This document shows positions 27,863 through 42,150 of a stretch of DNA of 64,000 bases, in pieces. Positions within the stretch are counted from its first letter, which is position 1, and the number at the start of each line of letters is the position of its first letter. The notes beneath the pieces are model-generated. The model ran no database searches. It had not been told where the DNA came from and saw only the letters and a program-made list of their open reading frames with translations. A program made the translations under genes and the position numbers. The DNA is from Halichondria panicea (lineage: Eukaryota), in the NCBI RefSeq assembly GCF_963675165.1, contig NC_087378.1, forward strand, positions 270,562-334,561, in the 5' to 3' direction.

Positions 27863-29167
27863 TTACTGAACAATGTTTCTAATAGTTCCTATTTCATCAA
27901 TCTCACACTCGACCACATCTCCTTTCTGTACGTGTGTGTGTGCAAAACCAATAATAATAAATTTAAATTATTATTAATGAATATACAATTCTACCTTAAG
28001 ATAAAGCGGAGGTTTTCTGAAACAGCCTACTCCAGGGGGGGTCCCAGTAAGCACCACATCACCCGGTTCTAGGGTCATGAACCTTGAGAAGGGGGGGGGG
28101 GCAGTGTATAGTAAAATAGTAGCAGATAGCAAACGTACCTGGAGAGAAAGGTGACTAGCCCTTGTGTTTTGTGGACTAGTTGGTTAGTGTTAGAGTTCTG
28201 GACAGTCTCCCCATTCAGTCTGCAGCGTATACCCAGGTTATGGGGGTCTGTGGGCCAGAGGGGATGATGATAGAACCATGAGTGAGAGTGCTCACCAGAG
28301 AGAGAGGGTGTGGTCACAATGGCTGGACCAAGAGGGGAGAAGGTGTCAAAGGTCTTCCCAATGAGCCACTGTCCTCCATTCCTGTGCAGCTGCCAGTCTC
28401 GAGCACTCACGTCATGAGCAACCATGTAGCCTGCAACATGAGACATGGCCTCACTCTCCTGCATAAGCAGCTCACATGAGCTGTGTGGTAACAAGGGTGG
28501 TGTGTGGGTGGGTACTGACCTTGATGTTCTTGCCACGCTTGCACACAATAAAGGCCATCTCCACTTCATAATCCAGACACTATAAGATGTATGCAATAAT
28601 TAATTAAAACGTTTGAACTTGGCTCCAACCTTTGTCTCATCAGAGAGCAGAATAAAGCCATTAGGCTCCGTGATGGTGGAGGCAAACTTGTTGAAGATGA
28701 CAGGCTCCTTTGGAACAGGAACGTTTTGTTCAGTACAATGGTCAATGTAGTTCAGACCGACGCAGATCAACTTCTGGGGGTCGTAGATGGGGGCTTGGAG
28801 TTCAAAGGTCCCTGGCTGGAGGGTGTGGTCAGTTGGAGCAGCCTCCGCTACCCTGCACAGTGAGAATATTAAAGGACAAATTATATTTAATATGGCTATA
28901 AAAAAAAAGGCGAGTGTGTTTGTGTGTATACACAAACACACTCGCGCCTAACCAGAATAGCTACGCCAGGCCATTGTACCTTGCTGCTGCTGGTGCACTG
29001 GTGTCCCACTGCTGCAGGAAGGTCTTCATATCCTTGGGGATGGTGGGGTCCACAGCAGTCACATCCACCACACACCCACCATTCACCAGCTCCACACCCA
29101 CACGCCTACACCCCTCACCACTAGCACCACCCTCACAGAACTGCACCAGACGAAGCTTCACATCCAT
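27863..29167 (-). CDS. FAHD2: Fumarylacetoacetate hydrolase domain-containing protein (FAHD1/FAHD2-like), ~5 exons.
   Basis: [10 protein letters not shown]...[116 protein letters not shown]...[77 protein letters not shown]. Colinear with vertebrate FAHD2. Confidence 0.8.
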
Positions 29168-29370
29168 AGCTATGCTCAGAATCTCACATACTTAAAGCTA
29201 AACTCCACCTTGAACTCCACCTCATGCAAAAACTCCAGCAAACGGGGGAGGGGCTGGAAGCCCACACGTGACACCCCTTGTTCCGCAGGCGTTACTTCTC
29301 TCCGACCTTTGCTGTGCAGTGACTCAGCTCTATACGTACCTTCCAGCCTTCGCTACCTCACAGAGCCGCC
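29168..29370. promoter_or_regulatory. ~200-bp bidirectional promoter region between the divergent FAHD (minus) and MVP (plus) start codons. It contains CACGTG.
   Basis: The two ATGs lie at 29167 and 29371 in head-to-head orientation. An E-box, cacgtgac, sits at ~29262. Confidence 0.4.
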
Positions 29371-32300
29371 ATGAGCGAAAAGAAGATAGTGGGGATCCTG
29401 CCCAACAACTATGTCCATGTACTGGACCTGGTGAGTGCTGTTTGTGTTTGCATTCAACATGTGTGTGTGTGTGTTTGTGGCTCTGATCAGTACATGAACT
29501 GAGTAGGTGGCCTTACAAGTGTACTGTACATGTACTACACACTACCGTCTCCCTCACAGACAACCAACATTACGACACTGGAGGTGGGCCCAGCGAACCT
29601 CATGCTGCGTGACAACCAGAAGTTGGTGGCCGGGCCGCACCCCTTTGTCAAGGTACCCCCAGGCTATTACTGCATTGTCAAGAACCCCATTGACCCAACG
29701 TAAGAATCATTCGATTAACTTTTGAGTGGTGATTAAACTTTATGTTTTCTGTAGTAAGCCATTACAAGATGGAAAGCTGTTTGAGCCGAGATTTGGTCAT
29801 CAGGAGGTCCGACTGCATGGAGTAAGTTACCCCCCCCCCTCCCTCTCAGTGTTAGCATTGTTTAACCACACCCCTCAGGAGCCCTTCCCGCTCTACCCCG
29901 GGGAAAGCCTAGAGGGAGGAACTCTTGCTGGTGAGTCTATACATGGTGATTGTACATTTCAATGACCCTCCCCCTCTTCTGCCAGACTACAAGGGAGCAG
30001 TTCGCCAGCTGCCTGTGTTGAGAGCTTGTCATGGTCTGCACTTGAGGGCACTGGTGGATATAGAGGCTGATGGAGAGATGAGGCGATGTGGTGATGAATG
30101 GCAGCTCAAGGGACCTGTCACTTATATCCCTAATCCTGATGTGGTATGTACTCTTAGAAAGCTAACCCTCCTAACATTCACAAAGTGTCTGCTTTCATGT
30201 ATAAGTTACAGCTCGTGATTACTTGATCCCCACTCAGCACAGTATAGCTATCAGTTTACACTGTCTCCATTCTTACTACAGGAGATTGTCAGGAACATGA
30301 GTCCCCAGGTGATTGCGGGTGGCAATGCTCTGAGGCTGAAAGCCAGACAAGAACTAGTGGACAAGGATGGTGCTCCACGCTTCACTGGAGAGGAGTGGCT
30401 TGTGAGGGATGTGGGGGCGTACCTGCCTGGTGTCATGGAAGAGGTACAACTAGCATACTAGTAATATTGTCTGTGAAGCTTGTGCTACATGTATTCCCCA
30501 GACCTAGTAATAATTGCTGGCCTAGGTTGATTCTAATACCAATTACTGAGTTTATACAGACCCTCCCCCTCCCTCCAGGTGGTTGGTATGGTCGATGCTT
30601 ACACAATGACTTCTCAAGTAGCACTGCACATTTTGGCCACTGACAACTTTACTGACCAGTTTGGGGTCAAAAGGTGTGTCTGTACTTGTATTGTGGGTGT
30701 GGTTTAAGTGTGTGCGTGTACAGGCACATTGGAGACGAGTGGTTGGTCACCAGCGAACAGTGCGAGTCTTATATCCCTGACATCACTGAGGTACGCACAC
30801 GTCCACACACACACCCTCACACCTTACACACCTCACAGGATATGAAACGTGTGGTGAACCTGACGGTGCTCAAGTCCCACCAATATGCAGTGGTGCTGGA
30901 CCCAGTGGGACAAGACAATAAGAACACACTTGGTTGCAGAGAGTTGCGTGTCGGACCAACCACTTTCTTCCTGCACCCAGGTAACACAAACTAGGCCACC
31001 CACCACAACACAGCCATATTAACTGAGCATTATCTGCTGTAGGTGAGAGACTGGAGACTGGCATCAAGAACTCTATGATCCTCCAAGCTGACGAAGCCGT
31101 CGTTGTCACAGCACACGACGAGTTTGTCGACACTCTACCGAATGGTGCGTTTGTTCAATTTCAATTGTGTGTGTCTGTGTGTTACTTGGATGTACGCACT
31201 GCTACAGGCAAGACTGTTCAGCGTGGCCCTGGTGACAAGTGGATGATCCATGGACCCACTGAGTTCATACCCAAAACAGAGATTGGCAAGTTTGAGAGGA
31301 GGAAGACGATCCCCCTCAATGAGAATGAGGGAGTGTATGTACGAGACATTCAGTCTGGTCAGGTTCGCTGTGTCCATGGACCTCAGGCGTACATGATACA
31401 GGCCAATGAGGAGCTGTATGAGAAGGAGCTCACCCCACTAGTGGAGGACTTGCTCAGGTACACTACCATCACTCTGTGTTACCTTGTGGTGTGTATGTGG
31501 CCAATGGCCCATTGTGTTCGTATGTACTGCATTGTTAGTACTTCCTTTGTTTTGTGTAAAGTAGCTTTTCCTTTCCATGCAGACATGGTGGTGGTATTGG
31601 AGATGCCTCCATTAGAAAGCTCTCCTATTTTGATGGCTCTGTTGACCCCAAGTACCAGGTTGGTATCCACTAGCCAGGATGGTTCTGTTATTTATTGTAA
31701 TTTTAACCCCTCCAGTCCCGAGACCGTACTCGAGTGATTACATACCGTTGTCCTAGCAACACGGCAGTGCAAGTATACAACTACCTCAAGAAGACGGCTA
31801 GAGTTGTGTTTGGTCCTGACCTGGTCATCCTCGGCCCTCACGAGACATTCAACGTCCTCTTCCTCAGCGGTCAGTGAGTGGGGAATAAGATTCTCAACTT
31901 GTTTTTTTTAGTGCCCCTAACTTTAGCCTGGAGCGTATAACTTGATTGCATGTGTGCTATGTGTACTGTACAGTAGTGTGATGTGTTGCTTGCTGTGTAA
32001 ATCAATCATAGCTTTCAGGCCCAACTTTCCATTTTATGAAAGAAAAAGGCTAGATGAATTTGGACCTGTTATTGAGAGACCATAACTAATGTCCAACTTC
32101 ATAGCTAAAGATTATAACTCTTGGGCAATCTTTTCCCATTTTCTGGTTGCTTTTTCTGAATTGTGTTGTTTGTTGTATTATATGATTTTTTTTGTCTCTT
32201 GTAGCTGGCAAGCCCAAGAAACAAGGAGCTCTCATCTCCATCTGTATCATGCTTGGGCCAGACTTTATCTCAGACACTATCGTCGTGGAAACATCGGACC

Positions 32301-34542
32301 ATGCTCGACTCAAAGTAGCCATCTCAATGAACAACGTCTTCAGAGTATGTGTAATATCCCAACTCAACCGTGTGTGTGTGTTGGTCTTATAGTGTATGAA
32401 ACGTACACTCTTTCCCACTGTTTGTTAATGACTGTGTGTGTCCTCCCCCTGTGTGCAGTTTGAGAAGGGCAATGCAGAGTCTGAGGCACAACTGTTCTCT
32501 GTGCCTGACTTTATCGGGTTCGCTTGTCGTGAAGTGGCCAGTAAGATACGTGCCTCTGTGGCCTCACTACCATTTGAGCAGTTCCACAAGTACTCGAATG
32601 ACATCATCCGTGCTGGAGTGTTTGGCAAGAGTGAGGAGGGGGAACTGAAAGAAGAGCTGATCTTCAATGCCAATAACCTGGTGAGCCCTCATTTACTAGT
32701 CGCCCTCTATATAAACCCTCCTGGGGAGATCTCAGTTACTAGTCGCCCTCTATATAACCCTCCTGATGAGATCTCAGTCACTAGCCGCCTCTATATGAAC
32801 CTTCCTGATAACTGTGTATACATAGACTGTGTTTCTATGTTTTCTCGTATGATAATTTTCTGATGTGTTGGGATAGAGTGTGCGGACTGATGTTGTCAAC
32901 AAAACATGTTTACTCTCCCCTCAAGCCACAATAGTGTGGCCACTTGCTGACAGCTGTTGGTGTTCATTAAAATTCAATATTTGAACAAGGGTGTTCCTAT
33001 TCATGAGCAGTGTTGTGGACATTTAGTGATCCCATTGTTGTATTGTGTTTAGGTGATCACCAACATTGATGTCCAGAGCATAGAACCAGTGGACCAACAC
33101 ATGAGAGACAGTCTCATGAAATCTGTGCAGATGGCCATTGAGATATCTACCAAGTAAGCTCAGCTATCCATTACATACTGTCTCCCCATCTAATAATTAG
33201 TTATGTGGTTATGTGTGGCAAATTGCAATTAGCAATGCCTCTATTGTAGTGTACATGTTCATGCACAATGTGCTTCTCATGTACACTGACCACGGCTTGT
33301 GTCAACATGTGTATCTATGTGCCCCCTAAGTGACTCTACCACCATTACTCTCTTACACAGCTCTATTGAGCGGTTTGCCCAGCACGAGGCCAAGAGGACA
33401 GAGCAGAAGGCTAGAGGAGAGTTAGAGCGTCAGAAGCTAAATAATGAGAAGGAGGCAGAGGAAGCTCGCCACTTGCTGTTGAAGCTACAAGCTGTGGCAT
33501 CTGCAGTGGAGTCCTCTGGACAAGCCAAGGCTGAGGCCCAGGCTCATGCTCAGAGGCTACTCATTGAGGGACAGAGTGCTATTGAGTGTGAGTGAGGTAG
33601 TGTGAACCTTGGAGCTTCCACTCTGACTCAGTACAAGGGCATAGTGCATGAATACAGGGACTAGTCATTGTGACAATGCTGTACTGATTGTGTGGTCGAT
33701 TGTCTCGCTGGACTACTACATGTTGATAAGCAAATGTGGTCATGTTCTCATTAGTGTATTATTTATCACGCTATGACCATTGCTGGCTTCCATGTTTCAC
33801 TCATAATTATTTGCAATTTTAGGCCATTGTGTGCTTTGGTGGGTGTGTTTAGAAAATAAACTAAATGTCCTTATCCCCCTTCCCAGTGGCTGAGTTGAGA
33901 GCTGAGGCTGCTCGAGTGGAGAATGAGGCAGAGTTGAGCTGCCAGTCTCAGGCCAGAGAGGCTGAGGTGTCCTTTATCAGGGAGCAGAACCAACTGGAGA
34001 TAGCCAAGGCCAAGGAACTCAGTGACATTGAAGTAAGGAGTAATTAATAAGTCAGGGTACTGAATTTACAGCTGCTTGTAATTGTCTTAGTGGTAATCGG
34101 TTGTTAATTACATAATGATTGTGGGCGTCTGTTAGACCATTGACTGTGTGTGTGTGTGTTTTGTGCAGGTGGGCAAGTTCTCTAAGATGGTAAGTGCTGT
34201 GAGCAAGCAGACCATTGCCCGCATTGCCATGGCTGGCCCAGAGGCTAAGGTGAGAGCATCCAACCATGACTTCCTCTGAGATTATACAGCTCATGTTTAC
34301 TATTAGACTTAGTACTGCACTATCATTTTGTGGAGATCAAAGCATACAGACTTTATATCAACAATATACATACATACAACATGCAGTCAATCACACCTGT
34401 ACACATACACACACACACACACCCTCAGCTCAAGATGCTACAAGCCCTAGGCATTCAGAATGTTCTCATCACTGATGGCAAGAGCCCGGTCAACTTGTTC
34501 CAGTCCCCTCAAGGCATCACGCAAATGCCCGGACACTACTGA
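29371..34542 (+). CDS. MVP: Major vault protein, ~20 exons.
   Basis: Exon translations: [20 protein letters not shown]|[46 protein letters not shown]|...[14 protein letters not shown]...|[53 protein letters not shown]|[54 protein letters not shown]. Then [94 protein letters not shown] and [46 protein letters not shown]. Then the shoulder and cap-helix exons, ending in [37 protein letters not shown]. Colinear with vertebrate MVP repeat structure. Confidence 0.9.
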
Positions 34543-34812
34543 GATATCGAGAGTAGCCAATTATAACGACTTAGGTTTTTTATCGTGTTTTTTAGTGATT
34601 GACTCTTCATAATTATAACGTTTTAGATCCTGTTGTGTGAACTCTCACAATGTTAGAGATTGTATAGTCTGAAATTATTTTTTTGTTGATGATTAATCAT
34701 TGGCGATGTTGTATAATTATTATGAGCTGACAATGGCAACTGATATGAATAGCTTGAACAGGTAAGCAAAAAGATTGTTCTAGAATAATCTAGTAAAAAT
34801 TAAATGCTTCCC

Positions 34813-34908
34813 CCGCATTGGCTGATGCAATGCCTTTGGCAATGACTGTCAGCTTTCTGATTGGTGAACATCAAATTACGTCATCTGTTTACCTGAATTT
34901 TATATAAG
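34813..34908 (+). promoter_or_regulatory. Candidate PDCD4 core promoter. Two inverted CCAAT boxes (ATTGG at 34817-34821 and 34860-34864) are followed by a CRE-like TTACGTCA (34876-34883) and TATATAAG (34901-34908).
   Basis: Motifs read directly ~420-500 nt upstream of the PDCD4 ATG. A GT donor at ~35027 suggests a non-coding 5' exon. Confidence 0.35.
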
Positions 34909-35325
34909 CAGAGATCTTGGCAATAAATTTAATTTTTTACTCTCGATTGATTTTGACTCGATTGAATTGTTGTTGGCCGTGCTGAGAAGCCTAGAGAGCT
35001 TATCGAGCTTATCTTGCCTGTATTGCAGGTACTGAAGGACGCAAGCAGCTTTGAGACCATCCGAAGCCACCTCTTGGAACAGCAGCTCAGCTCACACTAC
35101 TGTTGCTCCAAAAGTGAATGTTTGCGTGACTACTCCTCTCTCACCGGCCGGCTACTCTTACGCAGCCACTGACGACCCTGCAACTGTCTCTCACTTCCAC
35201 TACGAATCACCACCAACCAACCGACGTTTGGCCAAACTAGAACTATAAAAAAATCATTAAAGTATAATTATTTCATCTTTTGAAGAATTTTACTGCACTC
35301 ATTTTGCACACAGCAAGTTACAAGT

Positions 35326-37853
35326 ATGTCTTCGATGGAAGTCGACATTCCGCAGCAAGTAAATAGCTACAAATACTCTCCACCGACCAACGGTCATCAT
35401 GTACATTTCGATACTGAGATCAAGGTTGTGAAGCTCGCCGCCACAAGCACAGCACCGCAGCAACGTCCCAAACACAAGTCTCGTAGGAGAGCCCGCGTTC
35501 CTAACCTTGAGCTGGAAGACGATGAGATGTCTGGTGTGAGCAGCACAGGCAAGCCCCCTTCCCCGTCCAAACTAAAGAAGATGGCTGACAAGGACCGTCA
35601 TTCTCGCTCTGGCCGCAGGGGAAATCCTAAGAAAGGTGAGGGTTGTTGATGTAAGGACACCTTGAATTGTATTTTGACTTGCTGCAGTAATGTCTGACCA
35701 TAGATGGTTGTGTTTTGTGTGGGTGCTGTAATGGTGATTGCCAAGTCATGTGTGTGTGCCTACTGTACAGGGGTGTAAGCTATTGATAGTCTCAGCTGGT
35801 AATCCCATTGTATAGGTGTAATCTAGCGTCAGTTGACACCTCGAGTGGCAAATAGAGATACCTGTTATGATTGCCATTGGACACCCATTAGCAAACTTGC
35901 ATGTTTACTGCATTGTCAGCACTGATAATGCATGGTCAACATGGTGCAATGATTACGCTTGATTGTTGCCAATGTGCTGATGTTGTGCTGATGCCATTGT
36001 TGTGTTGTGTGTGCCACAGTTTGCAGGTGTGCTGTGAGGTAGAACTTTAGGTTACTGGTTACCTTTGAGAATTGAATTTTTGAGTGCTGGGTTAAATTCA
36101 TTAGCCAGCTGCACCCAGTTCTATCTAATGATATTCATTTGTCATTTGAACTAGTGTGGCAGATTAATTAGTCCCTTGGTTGTTGTTTTAGAGCTTCTCA
36201 CATTATCTGCACCCGATGAATGCCGGTGTTGTTTACTGCTAAATCCCGTTAAACTGGTTTGTCCAGATTTCTATCTGATAATTCCTTTGTGGGCTGACCA
36301 CCATCACAAAGATCTCACTTCCCTTGTTTACATGTCTTATGTTTATCAACAACAATTGTCTTTTCTCAGGTGGTGCTGGTGGCAAGGGCACATGGGGCAG
36401 TATCACTGATCAGATGTATGCTGACTCAACAACACAGGATACTCATGACCCCAACTACAGCTCTGAGGATAATGATGAAGTAAGCAGTCCTATACAGTGA
36501 CAAAGGACAAGGTGTTGATTGCTGTGATTATCTCCCTTGCAGACCACATATCTTGTGAGCAGCCCAACATCCCCTCAATTGAGCAGTGAGGAGTTTGAAA
36601 AGACAGCCACTGAAATATTCCTCGAGTACTTTGATCATGGTGATACTGGAGAGGTGGCCAACACTCTAACAGGGCTTTCCATTAAGAACAACAAGCATGA
36701 GGTGGGTTCTAAACATGTTGAATGTTGTGCATGGCTATACTGCTATATACCTCCAGGTTATTCGTGTGGTTGTGAGCTTGGCTCTGGAGGAGAAAGATTC
36801 CAATCGCGAGAAGGTCTCTGTACTCATTTCTGACTTATATGGACAAGTTGTGAACGGCCGTGAGGTGGCCAAAGGCTTTGAATTGGTTCTGTCTCAACTG
36901 GATGACCTCTCTCTGGACACTCCTGATGCTGCCACTGTAGTGGGCAACTTTATGGCTCGCTGTGTGGCTGACGATTGTCTACCTCCGGCCTTTGTCTCTA
37001 ACTACCCTAAAGTTGACAACAAGAACACTTTGTAAGTGTAATGTTATTGTGCTACTTCAGTGTTGTCATCCTCCCCCTCCCTACAGTGATGCCATGAAAA
37101 GGGCCAAGCTCCTGCTGAGTATGAAACACAGCATTGCTCGCCTGGACAATGTGTGGGGAGTGGGCGGAGGTCAAAGGCCTGTCATGTTCCTCATCAACAA
37201 GGTAATTAATGATTATAATTATTCCATCAACCCTCCCTTATTATTATATTATTCTGTACAGATGAACCTCCTGCTCAAAGAGTACCTCTCCTCTGGTGAC
37301 TGTGTTGAGGCTATCCGCTGTCTCAGAGAGTTAGAGGTGCCCCACTTCCATCATGAGCTAGTCTATGAGGCCATTGTAATGGTCATGGAGAATGCTACTG
37401 AAGCTTGTGCTGAGATGATGACTGATCTTCTCCTGTACATGTATCAGACTGGCATCATTTCCTCTGATCAGCTCACCACTGTGAGTTTTTGCACGTCTTT
37501 TTTCCAGCAATGTTTATGAATGCATGCCGTTTTTTTTGCAGGGATTTATGCGTGTGTTTAGTGATATCACTGACATTGTGTTGGATATTCCCAATGCTTA
37601 CCACACTCTCAACAAGTTTGTGGATCGTGGAGTGGCTGCTGGTTTTGTGTCTCCCCAGCTTGCCATTGAGAGCCCCTCCAGGTATGCAGGTCAATAGCTG
37701 GTTCTGCCTTATAATTAATTGTATGGCTTAAGCTTATTAATTTCCTAGTTTTCTTTTCTTGTAGTCACTGTGTCTGTTGTTTCTTTGTGCAGGGGCCGTA
37801 AGCGCTACGTGAGTGAGGGAGATGGTGGTGCTATCAAAGAGCCAGAAGATTAA
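35326..37853 (+). CDS. PDCD4: Programmed cell death protein 4 (two MA3 domains), ~9 exons.
   Basis: ...KKG|GGAGGKGTWGSITDQ...DPNYSSEDNDE. First MA3 domain: EEFEKTATEIFLEYFDHGDTGEVANTLTGLSIKNNKHEVIRVVVSLALEEKDSNREKVSVLISDLYGQVVNGREVAKGFELVLSQLDDLSLDTPDAATVVGNFMARCVADDCLPPAFV. Second MA3 domain: MNLLLKEYLSSGDCVEAIRCLRELEVPHFHHELVYEAIVMVMEN...GFMRVFSDITDIVLDIPNAYHTLNKFVDRGVAAGFVSPQL. C-terminal GRKRYVSEGDGGAIKEPED*. The match to human PDCD4 is very close. Confidence 0.85.
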
Positions 37854-38461
37854 AGCTAAATTCAACTGTTCCCAAACTGCTATTTTGAATATTTGACCCT
37901 GCCTGGTTACGAGTGTTTGTATTGATACATGATTATACGAACTGCTGCTGTATGTGCTGCTGTATGTGTGTATCGATCACCACCTATAAGAGGAGGTGTT
38001 AGCTAGAGTGTGTATGACATCTCATGCATTCATTTGTCTCGGTCACTGCCTTGATTCTGTCAATCCCAAACCATCCATCCATGTAAACTTTTGTAATAAA
38101 GTGAACCTATTCATGTGATAATGTGTACCTACTAAGCTAGAGACGCTTAATGCCAGGTATGACGCAGTCGCTAATAAAGATAAAAATAATTGATTAGGGG
38201 TTTTCCCTCTGATGTGCTATGATCTCGAAATTTAGTCGCCTCATAGAATTTCAACGGTTGGTAATGATCGCCAAAGGAATATAATTATCATGGTTGCCTA
38301 CTTTTTGCTGACTGTGCAGAATGCGTGGTGTTGTAGGTGGGCGTGGCTGATTCTAGCTGAACTCCGAGCAATGCCTCCGGCAGCAACAACACAAATGCAG
38401 ATTCTTTTCAAGTGGTGAAGCTTTCAAGAGACAGCTTGTGCAGCGGTCAAGTATCTAAGAG

Positions 38462-41400
38462 ATGGGTGTATGGTGGAGCAAAAGTCAGACTGGTAAGTTG
38501 TCTTTAGCAGGCTAGTACATGTCTGTAAAATTCATCACATCGCTGCAATATTTATAATGACTTTTTACTTGGTTAGTTTATATGTAGCTGTGCATCTCTC
38601 ATTGGTAGCTAGCTCACAGTAGTTATGGTATGCTTATAAGCAGCAGTATTAGTAATATGCTCAGCAGCCACAGGTCTCATGCAAACACCATTCATTTACA
38701 TGCAGTATATGAGAAGATAGAGGCTGGCCTTCATGTGGACCTTGAGGAGACTCTCATCTCCCCCCCTCCTGGCTGCGAGACAGAGTCATGGCTAGAGTAC
38801 TCATTCAAGAGGGACATTGTCAGTGTACCCAGCTCCCTCAACGGCTCTTGGGTCGTACTAGATACCAATACTACAAACCACCTATTGCAATCCACCACAC
38901 CACATGGCAGTACAGAACAACTACAGCATTACAGCAGCACTGAGCAATCATACACAAGCTTAGAGGAAACATCGTACACCACCGTGCTGTCAGAAGAAGT
39001 CTCCTTGGAGGAGCTACAGTGTGAAACAAATAGTGAAATGGAAAGTTCTCTATTGACCTCAACACCGAAACAGGAAGGCAGTCTAACATTGGCTGAGTTG
39101 GGTAAGGAAACAGTCTCTTCCTCTCTGTATTCATTAGGCTGTATTCACCCAGTTTGAATGGCTGCCTGCCTGCCTGGTTGTGGTGTAACATGCATTCAGC
39201 TGAGTAGGCATGCTGACATGGCTGTGTACCCCAAACAAGCGTATTTAATAACAAGTGTAATGTGTAATCAAAACATTACACATTTTTATATTGTGTATTG
39301 CAGTCTTTTAGTCTAGGTGTCCAGCTGTTGTCACCTCATCATGATTGTTCATGTACACAGCTGTAGGGGAGTGTAGGGATGGCGTGTTTCTAGACACTGG
39401 GTCACTGCAGAGGACTCCAGTTCATTGCACCAAACCTTTCCGTACCAACAGAAGTTTAACCTTCAGTGGCACTGATTCACCTAGTAAGTTTGTCTGTACT
39501 TTTAGGGTAGTAGTACACTGATGTGGTACACTAGAAAGTATGTTCTGGTTACTAATGTTGTTTATTTCTTTGCAGGACATTCCCTTTACTCTGGAGCCAG
39601 TGTGCTGTCCATGGGCAGACCATTCTCCCCAAACGGTGGTGAGTTGTGTTGCTTTGTCTTTGAGGTCAGCTGTTGGAAGTGGTCCATTTACCATGGGCTG
39701 TTTATCACTGCCATCAGATTGTGTTGACAGGAGCTAGACACTTAGTACAGTGCCTCTTTGCTTCTGTTGTGGCTATGGCTGCCACAAGGAATTCACCACT
39801 GTTATGTAAGGTGACCTGTTCTTCCCCCAGGTGACTGTCAGTCTCTCACTGCCTCCCTACTAGCCTTAAGCACCTCTTCTGAGAAAGGGCTCTTCATTTC
39901 CCGGCTCCTCCAGACCCATCAGACCACCCTCACACAACAGATAAGACCTAAGGATGTAGCCAAACAGCTCTACAACCTCGCAATCCTAGACACAGCTGAA
40001 ATGAACAGAGCTAGGAGCAGTGCTTTAAACGAGACTGACAGGGCTAAAGCTATTGTGCTGTATCTACAAAAGAAGCTTAGATACAAGCCAGAGCTCTTCT
40101 CTGATGTGTGTGCAGCTCTCAAGAAAGCTGGAGTGGAGATCATTCAACAGATCAAAGGTTTGGTGTAGTTTACATCCTTACATGGCTGCCCTTTGTTGTG
40201 TCTGTGTCTCAGCTGTTGTATTGAGGGTATTGCTCTAATGTAGCAAAGTGATAGGGTGTAGCACATGTTCCATTAGTTGCCAAATACTTCAGTTATTGAC
40301 TAATCAAACTTTGTTTATAAATTAACACACTTAAATTTTCTACAGCTGAAGTTCGCAGCAGATATCCTGATGACTCTGACCTCACAAGGAGCATGTCTGT
40401 GCTTAGCAGAGCAGATCTTATGTCTTCTTGTGAGTTCCTAATTTGTACCATGTGTTGGTTTACAATAGAGGCCCACTGGAGGGTATAATGCTTCATTGAT
40501 TGTGGTACACCATGTTTTGATAACAGCTGATCTGATAACACTGCAGATTGTGAGCCTTTATCATCCATTAGCAGCCAGAGCAGCGAACAACACTTGGAGA
40601 ACACTGTAAGTACTTGTTGAGGGTCTTGTTATATTATGTTACATGCTTTTGTGTACAGGGCGTTTCCCTCGAGGAGGCTTGCAGAGATGGTCTCTTGGTA
40701 ACAGCTAAGCTAATTATCTCCAAAGAAGTGTCTAGGAATGTGAGTATCACTGTAGCCAGACTGCAATGCCTTACCACTAACCTGTCCAGAATGGCCCCAC
40801 TCTCCTGTTAGAAGCGTGCAGACTAGAGGTGAATGTGTGTGTGCTCAATATGCTGCTCACTGAGGCCTCTCTGGACACCAACACCATCACTCAGGTACAC
40901 ACCTCGTGTGCATAGGACCAATCACCAGTATATGATAATTATACCTACGTATACTATAGTATAACAGGACCCCACTCCACACTGCCACTGCTGCTCTCAC
41001 ACCCCAGACCTCCTCACAGGAACTACAGGTAATGTAACTATATCAGACCAACTCCCACTGTATTGATGCCACCTCTCCACAGGCCCACCAGAACCAGCTC
41101 AGGCAACAGAGGATGAAAATTGAGAACCTTCTAAAGCATGAAGCAGACCCAAGTGCTAAGGATGATGTAAGTCAAGTTTTATAATCCTTGTATTGCTTAT
41201 CACTGGACTGTTTCTATATACAGGATGGCAACACTGTTCTCCACCTTGCTGCTCTGAGGAGAGACACTGAGACCGTGGCTATTGTCCTGAGATACAGTAC
41301 TACTTGCATCGACCTCATCAATAAGGTGAGTATATATACCTCATTGACTGTATCCATTGTATGACCTTTGCCCCCCCCCCCCCCTCCAGCGAGGCAACAC

Positions 41401-42150
41401 AGTGCTTCACATTGCCTGTCATGAGGGTCTCACTGAACTAGTCAAGTTACTGTGTGCCAAGGGAGCCAATGTTACCATGCCAAACAACACCAGGGTGAGT
41501 GAGTTCATTGTGTATCTATCAACTTTCCCCTCTACAATAGTTACTTGTACAAACACTATAATGGTACACTGACTGTATGATATGACCCACACACACACAC
41601 ACTACATCACCTACAGGAGCACAAGACTCCCCTGCACTATGCCTGCTACTGGGGCAGTGTAGAGTTGGTGACCCCTCTCCTCAGCAGGGACTCCTCATGC
41701 GAGTACATGAATGCACAGGACGGTAATCAAGACACTGCTCTGCACATTGCCAGTCGCTGTGGACACAAGGCCATCATCAAGCTACTCGTGTCCAGAGGGG
41801 CAGCTAAAAGAGCCAAGAACAAGGTATTTTTCTACCACATTTCAAAATTAAGAATTTTAACTTAATTAGCTTGAATTCACACTAATTAACATGTAATACC
41901 ACTCTTCAATCTTTGATCATCACCTTATGTTGTGTGTTTTAATTATGTATTCCTGTCCCCCTCAGGATGGCAAGACCCCAGTAGACCTGGCTATTCAGCA
42001 CGAGCATAAAAAAGCTGCCAAAACGCTAGAGAAGAAGAGCCCGTGGTTGAAGAGACGCCGCACCAGGTCCAGTGGAGCCACCTCTCCCCTGAGAGTGGAT
42101 ATTGGACATGAGGCTCTGTGTGAGAGTGACTGTGACGAGACTATTAATTA
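38462..42150 (+). CDS. Gene A, ~15 exons. It comprises an MG-start micro-exon (MGVWWSKSQT), a Ser/Thr-rich region, a death-fold (DD/CARD-like) domain, and 4 ankyrin repeats.
   Basis: Exon 1 is 38462-38492 with a GTAAGT donor. Death-fold exon ~39832-40160: GDCQSLTASLLALSTSSEKGLFISRLLQTHQTTLTQQIRPKDVAKQLYNLAILDTAEMNRARSSALNETDRAKAIVLYLQKKLRYKPELFSDVCAALKKAGVEIIQQIK. ANK exons: DGNTVLHLAALRRDTETVAIVLRY..., RGNTVLHIACHEGLTELVKLLCAKGANV, EHKTPLHYACYWGSVELVTPLLSR...DGNQDTALHIASRCGHKAIIKLLVSRGA, DGKTPVDLAIQHEHKKAAKTLEKK. Stop TAA at 42148-42150. Confidence 0.65.
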
